From Octopus sinensis (Eukaryota), in the NCBI RefSeq assembly GCF_006345805.1, contig NC_043022.1, forward strand, positions 18,290,001 to 18,354,000: a DNA stretch of 64,000 bases. The letters run 5' to 3'. The position numbers were made by a program, and so were the translations under genes. Positions within the stretch are counted from its first letter, which is position 1; every line of letters begins with the position of its first letter. The notes under the pieces were generated by a model that saw only the letters and a list, made by a program, of their open reading frames with translations, made no database searches and was not told the DNA's origin. Below, piece by piece: positions 36,339-49,450 of the stretch.

Positions 36339-36876
36339 AGAAACTGTAAGAAGCTTGTGTGTGATATGTGACTGGGACTTGTGGCGATTTACTGTTCTTG
36401 AGAATACAAATCAAGCCAAGTAAAATTATGGCTCTCCGCACATACAAGCATGTCCTGGGCCCTTGTTGAATATGAACCCCAAAATGCTTAGAAACTAGGC
36501 AGTAATAAAGTATCCGGTTCTAAATTCTATGTGGCTAATGTAATTGTAGGAGTTGGTGGAGACGTTGCCGTTTTAGTCTCATGGTGTCATCCTTGACCCA
36601 GGAGATCTATTTCTTTACTCTTTTACTTGTTTCAGTCATGTGACCGTGGCCATGCTGGAGCACCGATTTTAGTCAAGCAAATCAATCCCAGGACTTGTTC
36701 TGGGTGGTGGTGGTAGTAGTAGTAGTAATAGTAGTAATTAGGGGTGATGGGATAAATCGGAACAAGTTATTAACAGATGTTTGTTTGTTAGTTTGCCAGG
36801 AACTTGACCTTGAGTTAATCCCAAAACCCAGTTTTCAGTAAAGGTCACAAATATAACAGTGATAATAAATATTTAA

Positions 36877-36909
<33 letters not shown>

Positions 36910-37191
36910 ATTGTGAAAGAGTTCCTGTGAGAAAATAACTGAAGCTTGTGGTGATGACAGATGCTGGTAATGATGACAATGATTTGGTGATGATGTGTAC
37001 ATATTTCATCTTAATGAATTTTGTCTGGGACTTCAAAGCAATGATACTGATGGTATGATCAGGCTTATGTATATATAAGCAAATGTACTTTCATACATGT
37101 GTATATCATCATCATCATCCTCATCTTTTAATGTCCACTTTCCATGCTGTATGTATGTGTATATAATTATGTATATATATGTATGTGTGAA

Positions 37192-37521
37192 GGCGCATGG
37201 TTCAGTGGTTAGAGCGTCGAGCTTACGATTGTGAGGTTGTGAGCTCGAATCCCGGACCGGGCTGCGTGTTGTGTTCTTGAGCAAGGCACTTTATTTCACG
37301 TTGCACCAGTTCACTCAGCTGTAGAAATGAGTTGCGACGTCACAGGTACCAAGCTGTATCGACCTTTGTCTTTCCCTTGGATAACACTGGTGGTGTGGAG
37401 AGGGGAGACTGGTATGCATGGGCGACTGCTGGTCTTCCATAAACAACCTTGCCCAGACTTGTGTCTAGGAGGGTAACTTTCTAAGTGCAATCCCATGGTC
37501 ATTCATGACCGAAGGGGGTCT
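37192..37521 (+). mobile_element. SINE family C (tRNA-derived head); diverged head also at ~30310-30435
   Basis: GGCGCATGGTTCAGTGGTTAGAGCG (A-box), GCTCGAATCCC (B-box), GTTCTTGAGCAAGGCACTT, CCAGTTCACTCAGCTG. Confidence 0.85.
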
Positions 37522-38011
37522 TTATATGTATGTGTGTATATATGTATGTATGTATATATATATATGTATATACGTATATATATATATATGTATGTATGTA
37601 TATATATATATGTATATACGTATATATATATATATGTATATACGTATATATATATATGTATATACGTATATATATATATGTATATACGTATATATATATA
37701 TATGTATATACGTATATATATATATATGTATATACGTATATATATATATGTATATACGTATATATATATATATGTATATACGTATATATATATATATATA
37801 TGTATATACGTATATATATATGTATGTATGTATGTGTATATATATATATATGTATGTATGTATGTGTATATATATATATATATGTATGTATGTATGTGTA
37901 TATATATATATATGTATGTATGTATGTGTATATATATATGTATGTATGTATGTGTATATATATATATGTATGTATGTATGTGTATATATATTATATGTAT
38001 GTATGTATGTG

Positions 38012-38042
<31 letters not shown>

Positions 38043-38380
38043 ATGTATATATATATATGTATGTATGTATATATATATATATGTATGTATGTATGTGTAT
38101 ATATATATATATGTATGTATGTATGTGTATATATATATATATGTATGTATGTATGTGTGTATATAATATATATGTATGTATGTATGTGTATATATATATG
38201 TATGTATGTGTATATATATATGTATGTATGTGTATATATATGTATGTATGTATATACATATATATGTATGTGTGTGTGTATATACATATATATGTATGTG
38301 TGTGTGTATATATATATATATGTGTGTGTATATATATATGTGTGTGTATGTATATATATATAATGTGTGTGTATATATAG
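37522..38380. repeat. Compound TA/TG/TACG micro/minisatellite; similar blocks at 15460-15830, 32130-32530, 34600-35160, 58560-59230, 61860-62390, 62780-63200
   Basis: GTATATACGTATATATATATAT units, then GTATGTATGTATGTGTATATAT units. Confidence 0.95.
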
Positions 38381-38934
38381 TTGTAGTGGATCTTGCAGCC
38401 TTGAAGTAGATTCAAGCCACCATGGCCAAATTTCAAGTAACAGTTCAACATAACTTTTCTCATGGTAAAACAATAGTTTTTCTCTGACAGCATTTTTACA
38501 TTTTGCAGATGCCTTAGCTAGGCCAAAATAATGTCTTCACCACTTGACCCTTTCTAACCTCTTCAACCTCACCAAAACCTAGAATAGAGATATCACAATA
38601 CCACCAAGAAGCCCATCGGTCGTTCTCATCGATATGTCTATCTTTCTGGATAGTTATAAAAGCAAGAACCCCAAGCAAAAATCAGTTAGTCACTTGGTGA
38701 CAACTCAGTCAGTTGGGGACAGCTCGTGAGTTGAGAGAGCTGACATCAGTTAGGGAACCGACCACTAGAATTATGGCCATAAGCTGGCAGACAAAAAGCC
38801 AGAGGGAAAAAGCAACTATACGGGGATCCAACTTTCCACACTCTCTCACTTTCACTAACTCACTTTCTCTTCTCTGCACATTACCATATCTCTCTCTATG
38901 GTTTACTACAACAATTAGAACATACAGGCCGAAA

Positions 38935-39258
38935 TTGACTTTTTTACTTCACATGGCCCGTAAAAAGTACCATCCGATCGTGGCCGTTGCCAGCCTCGCC
39001 TGGCCCCCGTGCCGGTGGCACGTAAAAAGCACCATCCGTCCGTGGCCATTTGCCAGCTCCGTCTGGCTCCTGTGCGGGTGGCACGTAAAAAGCACCCACC
39101 ACACTCACAGAGTGGTTGGCGTTAGGAAGGGCATCCAGCCGTAGAAACACTGCCAGATCAGACTGGGCCTGATGCAGCCTTCTGGGTTCCCAGACCCCAG
39201 TTGAACCGTCCAACCCATGCTAGCATGGAAAGCGGACGCTAAATGATGATGATGATGC
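38935..39258 (+). mobile_element. RTE LINE 3' end
   Basis: Three GGCACGTAAAAAGCACC-type subrepeats, GGAAGGGCATCCAGCCG, (GAT)n tail. Confidence 0.87.
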
Positions 39259-39756
39259 TTTTGGATTTTATCACCTGCCCGTCAAGGCAAGGTATTGTTT
39301 AATGTAACGGTAAATAAATATTTTGTTTACAACTTCAATCACTGTTCTTTCATCTTTACATAGTGGCAATCAACTAACAAGAACGCATTACAAACTGATT
39401 ACGACTCCGACGTTCCATATTAATGTTCACTAATTAACTCTTCAACCGTTATAAAATGGTGATCCACAGTCAAATGACTGAAACAGATAAAAGAACATAC
39501 ATTATATATATATATATATATATATCATCATCATCATCGTTTAACGTCTGCTAGCATGGGTTGGACGGTTCAACTGGGGTCTGGGAACCCAGTAGTCTGC
39601 ATCAGGCCCAGTCAGTGTTTCTACGGCTGGATGCCCTTCCTAACGCCAACCACTCCGTGAGTGTAGTGGGTGTTTTTTACGTGCCACCGGCACGGAGGCC
39701 AGGCGGGGCTGTCACGGCCACGATCGGATGGTGTTTGTTACGTGCCAGGCACAGGC

Positions 39757-40145
39757 ACAGGAGTGGCTGTGTGGTAAGTAGCTTGCTTACCAACCACATG
39801 GTTCCGGGTTCAGTCCCACTGCATAGCACCTTGGGCAAGCGTCTTCTAATATAGCCTCGAGCCGACCAAAGCCTTGTGAGTGGATTTGGTAGACGGAAAC
39901 TGAAAGAAGCCCATCGTATATATGTATATGTGTGTGTGTGTGTTTACGCGTCTGTATTTGTCCCCCCCCCCCAACATTGCTTGACAACCGATGCTGGTGT
40001 GTCTACGTCCCCGTAACTTAGCGGTTCGGCAAAAGGGCCCGATAGAATAAGTACTAGGCTTACAAAGAATAAGTCATGGGGTCGATTTGCTCGACTAAAA
40101 GCGGTGCTGCAACATGGCCACAGTCAAATGACTGAAACAATTAAA
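39757..40145 (+). mobile_element. SINE family A between two oppositely oriented RTE 3' ends
   Basis: Family sequence; RTE at 39525-39735 (-) and 40160-40390 (+). Confidence 0.9.
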
Positions 40146-40410
40146 ATATATATATATATAAAAAGCACCATCCGTCCGTGGCCGTTTGCCAGCTCCGTCT
40201 GGCACCTGTGCGGGTGGCACGTAAAAAGCACCCACTACACTCACGGAGTGGTTGGCGTTAGGAAGGGCATCCAGCCGTAGAGACACTGCCAGATCAGACT
40301 GGGCCTGATGCAGCCTTCTGGCTTCACAGACATCAGTTGAACCATCCAACCCATGCTAGCATGGAATGCAGATGCTAAATGATGATGATATATATATATA
40401 TATAATATAT

Positions 40411-40464
<54 letters not shown>

Positions 40465-41229
40465 ATGTATATAATTAAGAGAAATAACCTCTATTAAGCA
40501 ATTATATTCCCTACTATTATTATTATATATATATCTATAATCATCATTACCATCACCATTAGATGTCTGTTTTTCACACTATGTATCTATAACAGTATTG
40601 TTTTTAAACATTTTCTCAGACAAACACCAGACAGGTCTACAGAATTGTTCTATAGAACCACTATAACATTTCTACCATTCTATAGAACCTTTGTAGCTTT
40701 GAGAATAGATTAGATACTATGAGTTGTATAGTGTTGTATATGCTGGCCTACATTTCGCACACACACACACACACACGCAGACACACTCACAGCTACACAG
40801 ACACACGTACACATACACACACACACACATGCGTGTACACAGACACAGAAAAACATACCAAAGTCAAGTTTTGCTGGTTGTTTGAAATAACCGTTTGACA
40901 CTGAAGCTTAGAAATGGTTGGAACTTTGCCAAGATTATGGTAAAGGAACATTGTCTGATATCCTCTCTCGCTTGCTCGCTCTCTCTCAATATATCTTCTC
41001 TGACCTAGCTAGTCTCGTTGGTGTATGTGTGTGTGTGTGTGTATTTTGTTGTATGTCCGTGTGTGTGTTGTGTGTGTGTGTGTATGTGTGTGTAGGAGGG
41101 TAGTGCTGACAACATCTCTGTATTTCTTCAATGGCTTATGTTTGTGTTATCTTGGTGTATGTATGTGTGTGTGAATGTGAGCTTGTATAAGAGAATATGA
41201 ACTTGTCTGTGTATGTGTGTGTATATATA

Positions 41230-41461
41230 TATATAAAGATAGATATATAGATAGATAGATAGATAGATATGTGTGTGAGAGAGAGAGACTATGTTTGTAC
41301 ATACAGTCTATATATATAGACAAATAGATAGACAGATAGATAGACAGATTGTTAGACAGGCAGATAGATGGATAGATAGACAAACAGATAGATGGATAGA
41401 TAGATAGATAGATAGATAGACAGATAGATGGACAGATGGATAGATGGATAGATAGACAGAC

Positions 41462-41492
<31 letters not shown>

Positions 41493-41600
41493 CAGACAGA
41501 TAGATAGATAGACAGACAGATAGATGGATAGAGACAGACAGATAGATGGACAGACTGATAGATGGATAGATAGATAGATATGTGTGTGAGAGAGAGAGAG
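41230..41600. repeat. Complex (GATA/GACA/GATG)n tetranucleotide array
   Basis: Directly visible. Confidence 0.95.
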
Positions 41601-41880
41601 GTAGATTGTGTGTGTGCGTACATGTATGTGAATATAAGATTTCATGGTAGAATATGCACTTGTCTCTATGTGTATGTGTTGGTATTCTTCTTTGCATGTG
41701 TGTTTTGAGGGTGTCTGTCTGCATGTGTGTGTATAAATGTATGGTTGCATGAAAGAATATACATGTGTCTACGTTTGAGTGCATGTGTGTATGTATGTGT
41801 AAGGCTGTATGGCACAATATATATTTTATGTATGTGTTTGCCTCTTAGTATGAGGATGCATGTCCCTCTGTCTCTGTCAA

Positions 41881-41911
<31 letters not shown>

Positions 41912-42396
41912 TCTCACCTTTCTCTCTCCTCACATCTCTCACCTCTCTCTTTCTCGCTTTCTCTGACCTTATGTGCATATGCCTGTCGGAGTGAATATCT
42001 GTATATATATATATTTATATATATATATGCGTATCTGTGCGTGAGCTGCACATGTAATTGTGCATATTAAAGAGTGTGCACTCTGCATCTCTATCAGTAA
42101 TGGAACATATTGTCTGTGTGTGTGTGTGTGTGTGTACATGAAAGAGCAGGAAAGGAGACAGAATGGGGGAGTTCAGAAGCACATGGCTACAAGTCTTAAT
42201 TGACCTAGATTTATGGGTGTTTGTGTGCATACGTGTCTATATATATATACACACACACATGCATATACACTCACATAATGTTCTCATGTCAAACTATTAC
42301 GTGTAGAGTACATATTTTTATAAATGTGTGTACATGTGTGTGACGTATGTTGATATATGTGCAAATGTATAAATATATATATATATATGTACACGC

Positions 42397-42433
<37 letters not shown>

Positions 42434-42614
42434 CACATACACTGTTGTCATTTACACAGAAGTATACACACTCATATACTTGTGTATATATGCATGTGGG
42501 AAATTTCTGTGTGTGTGTGTAAACATAAATATATAAAAATATGCACACATATATTGTCATCTTTTATACAGAAATACATATACACACATACATGTATATA
42601 TATGCATGTGAGAA

Positions 42615-42659
<45 letters not shown>

Positions 42660-43055
42660 AACATACGCATGTATACATATATGCATATATACATGTATAT
42701 ATATGCTTGTGGGCGGTTTTTGTTTTATATATGCAGATTATATAGTTATAAATGTGCATGTATGTATGTGTGTGTGTGTATATATATGTGTGCTCATATA
42801 TTGACATACAGACATACACACACACATATATGAACACATACACTTACATACATACAAACAGACTCAGATACTTATATGCACACACTCATGTATACACACA
42901 CACACAAATATATGCATGTGTGTATATGTGTATACACAAGCAATGTAAATGTTTACGCAGTTAAAGCATTAAGATTTTTGACGATGTTTCTTGCGCTGCA
43001 GTGTCTGTATCGATGTTGGCCTTGTGGCGAAAATTAATAATTGTTATTATTATTT

Positions 43056-43097
<42 letters not shown>

Positions 43098-43744
43098 GGT
43101 AATCATGGTGAGCTGGCAGACTCGTTAGCATGCCAGACGAAATGCTTAGTGGCATTTCATCCCTACTTACGTTCTGAGTTCAAATTCCGCCGAGGTCGAC
43201 TTTGCCTTTCATCCTTTCGGGGTTGACAAATTAAGTACTAGTCATGCACTGGGATTAATGTAATTAACTACTCCCTCCCCCCAAATGTCTGGCATTGTGC
43301 CTTGAGATGAAAGGATTATTATTATTATTATTATTATAAATTATGAAGCTAGCAAGAACTGTAAGGAAATCCAACTGATTACTGCATTTCTTCTGGATCA
43401 TTCCCTTCTGGGTTCAAATTCCGCTAAAGTCGGCTTTGCCTTTCATCCTCTTGGGGTTGATAGAATTAATATTTGTCAACTATTGGGAGTTGATGTAATT
43501 CACTACCACTCAAACTTGCTGGCCTTGTGCCAAAATAAAAATTGTTGTTGTTGTTAGAGAGTTGAAGATGTTTTGCAGTAATCCTTTTCAGCTCTCTGCA
43601 TTACAAGTTCAAAACCCACTGGGGTCACCTTTGCCGTTCAATTCTCCAGGGTTCATAAAATAAAATACCAGTCAAAAACTGGGATTGATTTAATCAACTT
43701 GCACCCCACCTAAAAATTACTGGTCTTGTACCTAAATTTGAAAA

Positions 43745-43778
<34 letters not shown>

Positions 43779-43789
43779 GTAGTTGTTGT

Positions 43790-44245
43790 TGAATGAGAAA
43801 GCAGTGCATGCCATCAAAGTGAGACGGGGGTACAAATATACGAAACCCAGTATACCCATCATGACTACCCGTCTGATAAGGGTACACCAGGCACATGCAT
43901 CACAACCATATGTGCGCGACATGGTGATCTCATATCAAGATGAACAGCGCATGACCTTGCAAGTGGGGCCCAGTTAGAATTTTCTTCAGGTTGAGTAGCC
44001 CATCCCGCTCAAACGGTCCCTGAATAAGGGTTGTTTAAGGATGATGAACAAAACACGCATGTTTCCAGAGGTGAATTATCCAAACCTCTAAGAATTCCTT
44101 TCAACACATGGCGATGATGCTCCCCATCTACTTCTGCTCATGACCAGAGATGCACATGTCATCAGTCACTAAGGGACATGCTCAACTGATTAAGGTAAAA
44201 AAACTGACAAGCAAATCTGTGGTATTGAGCAGAATATTTGCTTAT
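43790..44245. mobile_element. Unclassified interspersed repeat; overlapping second copy at 54222-54505
   Basis: ~185 bp shared (CATGTTTCCAGAGGTGAATTATCCAAACC...GCAAATCTGTGGTATTGAGCAGAATATTTGCT); adjoins an (ATT)n tract. Confidence 0.75.
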
Positions 44246-44831
44246 AACTATTATGATTATTATTATTAAGGCAGCAAACTGGCTGAGTCGTTAGCATGCT
44301 AGGCAAATTGCTTAGTGGTATTTCATCTGTCACTATGTTCTGAGTTCAACCTTGTGTAACCAAGTTTCTGAAGAAATTCACTTTATGTTTCAATTAATTT
44401 CACATATGCTACAGAGGGCAAGCAAATTATTGACGTACCGAGCATTAAACTTTCATAAACCTTAAGTATGGAAGGAAATCAAAGACATAATTAAAATCTT
44501 TAACCGTTTGCCTATTCAATGTATTTCCATAAGTTTGTCTTTAACATCCATGTGTGTTTTCAAATTTTTATTTAGCCCTTTTTTTTAATATATTCTGAGT
44601 AGTATAAAGCTTTTCTTTCATAAGTCCCAAGTTACCCTGGTGGTTGAAAACAAAATTTGGGAATGAGTACCATATGATGCATGGACTCGAGGGAAATATT
44701 TCCTGTGTGTCACAGTAATACACAGGACAGGTAAAGGGTCATAGCTTATTCATAGCGCTCACTGAATTTTAAAAGCTGGTTACCCTTCCTATCACCAAAC
44801 ACTTCATAGTGTCGGTTAGGTGATGCTGACA

Positions 44832-45063
44832 AGGCAGTGAGCTGGCAGAATCGTTAGCACGCTGGGCGAAATGCTTAGTGGTATTTCGTCTGCAGTTACG
44901 TTCTGGGTTCAAATTCCGCCAAGGTTGACTTTGCCTTTCAACCTTTTGGGGTCGATTAAATAAGTACCAGTTACGCACTGGGGTCAATATAATTGACTTA
45001 ATCCGTTTGTTTGTCCTTGTTTATCCTCTCTTTGTTTATCCCCTTGTGGGTAGTAAAGAAATA
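44832..45063 (+). mobile_element. SINE family B monomer with 18-bp TSD (other copies near 11925, 43105, 43370, 43580, 44268, 47905, 54513, 59571-)
   Basis: TSD GGTTAGGTGATGCTGACA at 44814-31 and 45064-81. Confidence 0.93.
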
Positions 45064-45089
45064 GGTTAGGTGATGCTGACATTAAAGAG

Positions 45090-45330
45090 GTTATCTTCAA
45101 TGTAATCCAAAAGTTCTCTCTACCATTCCTTTATTTTGTCCATTCCCTATTTTGGCATGATCTTTAACAACACGGATGCCCTTGTTATGACCATCTTCGT
45201 TACGGAATCTCTCATATATTCTTGTTACAAAGTAACTCAACACACTGTTATAATAAACCTTGGCTGGCATCTTATTTACAACAGCAAGCGTTTGTGCCTT
45301 CAGATGAAGAAGGTGGGTGCAAAAGATGGC
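45090..45330 (-). mobile_element. Possible decayed pogo/Tigger-like transposase fragment
   Basis: Open frame KAQTLAVVNKMPAKVYYNSVLSYFVTRIYERFRNEDGHNKGIRVVKDH loosely resembles the DDE_1 QPLD.GII..FKV.Y...AI.WVK region; could also be an unknown exon. Confidence 0.25.
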
Positions 45331-45480
45331 TGTTTACCAAAGAATTTCCTTCCTCAAAAGCTTCTACATACTTGGCAGGCACTTAGTAATATTAACGGTT
45401 TTCTGGTGTTCGGATTTGTGTTTTGACAAGTATTTATTCATAGTCTATATTTCGATTGAGGCTGCAAACAAATATACAAT

Positions 45481-46270
45481 GCATGGCTGTGACGGTGTGG
45501 TTTAGAAGTATCTACTTCGCATTGAAGAGGTCATAAGTTCAATTCTAGAGGCAGCACCTTAAGCAAATGTTTTGTCATTTACAAAAATGTAGTCTATATT
45601 TCGACTCGGGCTGCCAGCAGATATCCCAGGTATGGGCGTGAGAGTGAGATAAAGGCTTTTACTTAGCAATGAAGGTCATAAGTTCAGATCTACAGCCTGC
45701 ACCTTGGACAGGTGTTTTGGCTTCTATCAGTACATAGTCTGTTTTGAGTCAGGCCGCAAAGAAATATCCCAGGCATGGCTGTGAGAGTGAGGTAAAGACA
45801 ATTATTTTGCAATGAAGAGGTCATCAGTTCAATTCTACAGTCTGCACCTTGAACAAGTGTTTTGTTTCCTACCAGTACATAGTCTATATTTTGATTCATG
45901 GTGTGAGCATATAAATGTGGTATAGCTGCAAGGTAGAGATGTTTGAGTTACAATGAAGAGGTTGGGAGTTCAATCTAACAGCTGGCACCTTGAGCAAGAA
46001 TTTTTTTTGTCTTCAACCAATACTTGATTCAGTATTGATTAACCAATTTTGATTCAGACTACAGGTAAATAAGCCAGATGTGGCTATGAGATAAAGACAT
46101 TCGCTTTGCAATCAAGAGATTATGATTTCTCTCCTACAACTAGAATCTTGGGCAAGTATTTTTTGTCCCCTACAAATACATGGGCTATATTTCAATTCAG
46201 GGTTCAAGCTAGTATACCAAGGGGGGGGGGCTGTGAAATGAAAATGTTTGCTTTGCAATGACAAGGTTTC
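45481..46270 (+). repeat. Old head-to-tail array of ~6 degenerate SINE A-like heads (~143-160-bp period)
   Basis: Units start near 45481, 45629, 45772, 45917, 46077, 46226, each with GGCTGTG..., GCAATGAAGAGG, GTTCAAT(T)CTA, GCACCTTG(A/G)GCAAG. Confidence 0.75.
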
Positions 46271-46394
46271 CAATGCGAACCTTGATTCATCTCTCTCCTA
46301 TTAGTCTCAGAGTTTCTGCACAGAGTTATTCATGCTGCCTTTCTTTCTGGGACAAATCCCTAAACAAAAGCCATCTTACTCTTTGTAAGCCGAG

Positions 46395-46472
46395 TACAAT
46401 AATCCCTCGACTATCGCGGCTGTTATGCTCCAAAACCCCCTGTGATAGGTGAAAATCTTCAAAGTAGAATCA
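46395..46472 (+). mobile_element. Tigger/pogo-type terminal fragment
   Basis: TACAATAATCCCTCGACTATCGCGGCTGTTATGCTCCAAAACCCCCTGTGATAGGTGAAAATC resembles Tigger ends. Confidence 0.6.
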
Positions 46473-47022
46473 GTACTGTACTCTTTTGCTCTTTTACTTG
46501 TTTCAGTCATTTGACTGTGGCCATGCTGGAGCACCACTTTTAGTCGAGCAAATCGACCCTGGGACTTATTCTTTGTAAGCCTAGTACTTATTCTATCGGT
46601 TTCTTTTGCCGAACCACTAAGTTACGGGGTCGTAAATACACCAGCATTGGTTGTCAAGCGATGTTGGTGGGGAACAAACACAAGCACAAATACACACGCA
46701 CATACATATAAACGTATGTATATATATAGAGATTTATTTATAAATGTATGTAGTACATTTTAAACTGCATATTCATCTTTTAGCTTTTATCCTTTGCTTA
46801 TTTCAGTCATTAGACTGCAGCCATGCTGGAGCACTGCTCTGAAGAATTTTTAGTCGAATGAATCAATCCATGTACTTCACTTTTTTAAGCCTGATGCTTA
46901 TTCTATTGGTCACTTTTGCTAATCTGCTAAGTTACAGGGACATAAACACACCAACACCAGATGTCAAACAGTGGTGGGGATAAACACATATATACACATA
47001 TGACAGGCTTCTTTCAGTTTCT

Positions 47023-47690
47023 TATTTCTTTATTCCCCTCAAGGGGCTAAACATAGAGGGGACAAACAAGGACAGACAACGGGATTAAGTCGATTAGATC
47101 GACTCCAGTGCGTAACTGGTACTTAATTTATCGACCCCGAAAGGATGAAAGGCAAAGTCGACTTCGACAGAATTTGAACTCAGAACCTAAAGACAGACAA
47201 AATACCGCTAACCATTTCGCCCGGCATACTAATGTTTCTTATTTCTTTATTGCCCACAAGGGGCTAAACATAGAGGGGACAAACAAGGACAGACAACGGG
47301 ATTAAGTCGATTAGATCGACTCCAGTGCGTAACTGGTACTTAATTTATCGACCCCGAAAGGATGAAAGGCAAAGTCGACTTCGACAGAATTTGAACTCAG
47401 AACCTAAAGACAGACAAAATACCGCTAACCATTTCGCCCGGCATACTAATGTTTCTTATTTCTTTATTGCCCACAAGGGGCTAAACATAGAGGGGACAAA
47501 CAAGGACAGACAAAGGGATTAAGTCAATTATATCAACCGCAGTGCGTAACTGGTACTTAATTTATCAACCCCGGAAGGATGAAAGGCAAAGTCGACCTGA
47601 GCGGAATTTGAACTCAGAATGTAACAGCAGATGAATTACCGCTAAGGATTTTGTCCGGCGTGCTAATGTGTCTGCCAGTTCGCTGCCTTC
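47023..47690 (-). mobile_element. SINE family B trimer (217-bp period) inserted in a SINE A copy
   Basis: Units joined at AATAAAGAAATA|AGAAACATTAG; degenerate 14-bp TSD TTCTTTCAGTTTCT (47009-22) / TCCTTTCAATTTCT (47695-708). Confidence 0.9.
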
Positions 47691-47850
47691 AGCCTCCTTT
47701 CAATTTCTTTCCACTCAATTCCCTCGTAAGGCTTTCCTTGGCCCAACTACTATACTACTACTACTACTACTATATCACCAATTCTCTTCCTGCATTATTA
47801 CTGCCACTACTAACACCACCCTGCTGACACCCACACCACTGTCGCTGCTG

Positions 47851-47881
<31 letters not shown>

Positions 47882-48424
47882 ACTGCTAATGGTTCATTAC
47901 CACCACTGGTAATGCTTAGCGGTAATTCGTCTGCCGTTACGTTCTGAGTTCAAATTCCACTGAGGTTGACTTTGCCTTTCATCCTTTCGGGGTCGATAAA
48001 TTAAGTACCAGTTATGCACAGGGGTCGATCTAATCGACTTAATCCCTTTGTAGAAGAAGCTTTCCCAAAGTGTGTCACACATGCTATAGCATGTATACAC
48101 ACACACACACACACACACAGATATATATGTGTTCGTCTATTTATATAGAGATATATGTTTGCGTAAACATGCTATATATATTTTTATCTCATGGTACTTG
48201 TAAAAGAAGCGTATCTACTCACAACACACACACACACAAACACGCACGCATGCGTATATATAGATGCAGTTTGCATTCACACAAATATACATAGCTTAAC
48301 ATATGAATGCATTTATTTATAAATATGTGTGTGTGTGTGAAAAGTTGTTCCAGGCCACCTACACATGTACTCCACCAACCTTGAGACACCCTGGCACACA
48401 TCCAGACACTACACTTTTTCACTT

Positions 48425-49450
48425 TTCTACCACTTAGCATCATTACCATCACCGCAACTACCACCACCACCACCACCACCACCATCATCACCACAACCAC
48501 TGCTGTCATCATCACCATTGCCACAACCACCTGCGCAACCACAACTATCACCAGCACAACCACCATCACCATCACCACATCCACCACTGTTTCCACTACA
48601 ACCACAACCACTGCCGTCATCACCACCATTGCCACAACCACCACCACCCTCACCGTCATCACCAGTCACCACCATCACCACATCCACCACTGTTTCCACG
48701 ACAACTACCACCACCACTGCAACAACCACCACCATCCCTACTGTGGTTATTACTACTACACCACTGTCACCACCATCAATATCATTGCCACTATCAGTAC
48801 CACTGCCGCAAGGGAACCATTGTGCTAGAAATAGCAGTCGTATTTCTCTCGAAGCACATCATACAGTATTACAGTTTGAAATACCATCACCAGCATCACA
48901 ACCACCACGTACTACAACCTGAACAACAAACACCAGGACTACTACATCAGCATTCTACCACCACCACATCATCATCTTACCATGACCACCACCACCCAGC
49001 CTTACTGTTCCTGCTGCTATTAGTGACCACCTACACAATGAATACTACCACTATTACTACATCACTACCATGCAACCACCATCGCCACCACCGCCTTTAC
49101 AATTACTACTACTACTACTACTATCACCAATTCTCTTCCTGCATTATTACTGCCACTACTAACACCACCCTGCTGACACCCACACCACTGTTGCTACTGC
49201 TGCTACTACTACTACACTGCTAATGGTTTATTACCACCACTGACACCCACACCACTGCCGTCGCTGCTATTACTACTACTACTACTACTGCTACCACACT
49301 TAATGGTTCATTACCACTACTACCATCACCACTATGTTACCATTATTGCAACCACCATCGGTGCCACCACCTGTCATTGTCACTCCCCACTGCCGCCACA
49401 CATGCACACACACCACCCCTGCTACTACTACCAACACTACATCAATACTA
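48425..49450. repeat. CAC/CAT/ACT trinucleotide-rich low-complexity block; similar blocks at 55460-56050 and 61220-61560
   Basis: Directly visible; contains a ~130-bp segment also present at 47750-47915. Confidence 0.9.

Noticed and set aside
36344-36600. Solo LTR starting TGTAAGAAG
   Set aside because: The start is the TSD and resumption of the interrupted SINE A; no matching LTR end
37192-37265. tRNA genes at SINE heads (also 52763, 6448, 44832)
   Set aside because: A and B boxes are present but they continue into repeat bodies; no complete cloverleaf or acceptor stem is evident
38417-38530. Perfect Kozak GCCACCATGG with [14 protein letters not shown]
   Set aside because: Nearest acceptors imply introns of only ~26-44 nt and an early stop
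45290-45385. SH3-like VPAKYVE on the minus strand
   Set aside because: Stop directly upstream, poor acceptor, no other SH3 residues
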